NCBI GenBank assembly: GCA_964419615.1 | Contig: CAYQPU010000006.1 | Coordinates: 1 to 15,407 of the forward strand | DNA: 15,407 bases | Direction of reading: 5' to 3' | DNA from: an uncultured Methanosarcinales archaeon | GTDB lineage: Archaea; Nanobdellota; Nanobdellia; Woesearchaeales; JAGVZT01 | Shown: piece by piece, positions 15,285-15,407 of the stretch | Position numbering within the stretch: position 1 is the stretch's first letter | Layout of the letters: the number at the start of each line of letters is the position of its first letter | Position numbers and translations under genes: made by a program | The notes under the pieces: model-generated | Seen by the model: only the letters and a program-made list of their open reading frames with translations | Database searches by the model: none | What the model was told of the DNA's origin: nothing

Positions 15285-15407
15285 ATGGTTAAAAAGTTAA
15301 GATTCGGCAAAAGAAGTTTTGAACCCAACATTAGGATGTTATATGATTTAAAGGATGTGTTGTATGAGCAAGAGAATACTATTTCTACACCTAATAGTGT
15401 TGCTTAC
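15285..15407 (+). CDS. Probable cupin-type archaeal glucose-6-phosphate isomerase, N-terminal 41 codons (truncated at edge)
   Basis: Hand translation MVKKLRFGKRSFEPNIRMLYDLKDVLYEQENTISTPNSVAY resembles the N-terminus of cupin PGI-family proteins (L.FG....P.IR.L.DMK.VLY). SD GGAGGT at 15276-15281. Only a fragment is visible. Confidence 0.6.
   Translation, partial: MVKKLRFGKRSFEPNIRMLYDLKDVLYEQENTISTPNSVAY

Noticed and set aside
1-15407. tRNA, rRNA, IS elements, integrases, inteins, frameshifts
   Set aside because: Intergenic gaps are short and largely explained by promoters. No transposase, terminal inverted repeat, intein motif or broken reading frame was evident by eye.

Overview
Low-GC archaeal window. 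eIF2-gamma, ribosomal protein S6e, an AbrB-PhoU regulator and TATA/BRE-type promoters support the archaeal call; a DPANN/Woesearchaeota-like host is an inference only. Left half, minus strand: truncated MutS1, three tandem uncharacterised ~184-202 aa paralogues with glycine-rich hydrophobic hairpins, the eif2g-rps6e pair and an AbrB-PhoU regulator. Right half, plus strand: an Lrp/AsnC regulator followed by a tightly coupled operon that runs off the edge. It encodes a Gfo/Idh/MocA oxidoreductase, FGGY kinase, cyclase-family hydrolase, SAM methyltransferase, B12-binding radical SAM enzyme, three SDRs (two are close paralogues resembling sorbitol-6-phosphate 2-dehydrogenase), a cupin mannose-6-P isomerase and probably the start of a cupin glucose-6-P isomerase. 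The two best candidates for undescribed systems are this sugar/polyol-phosphate plus cobalamin-radical-SAM pathway and the hairpin-protein triplet. No RNA genes, CRISPR arrays or mobile elements were seen. Family calls rest on motif recognition, not database searches.
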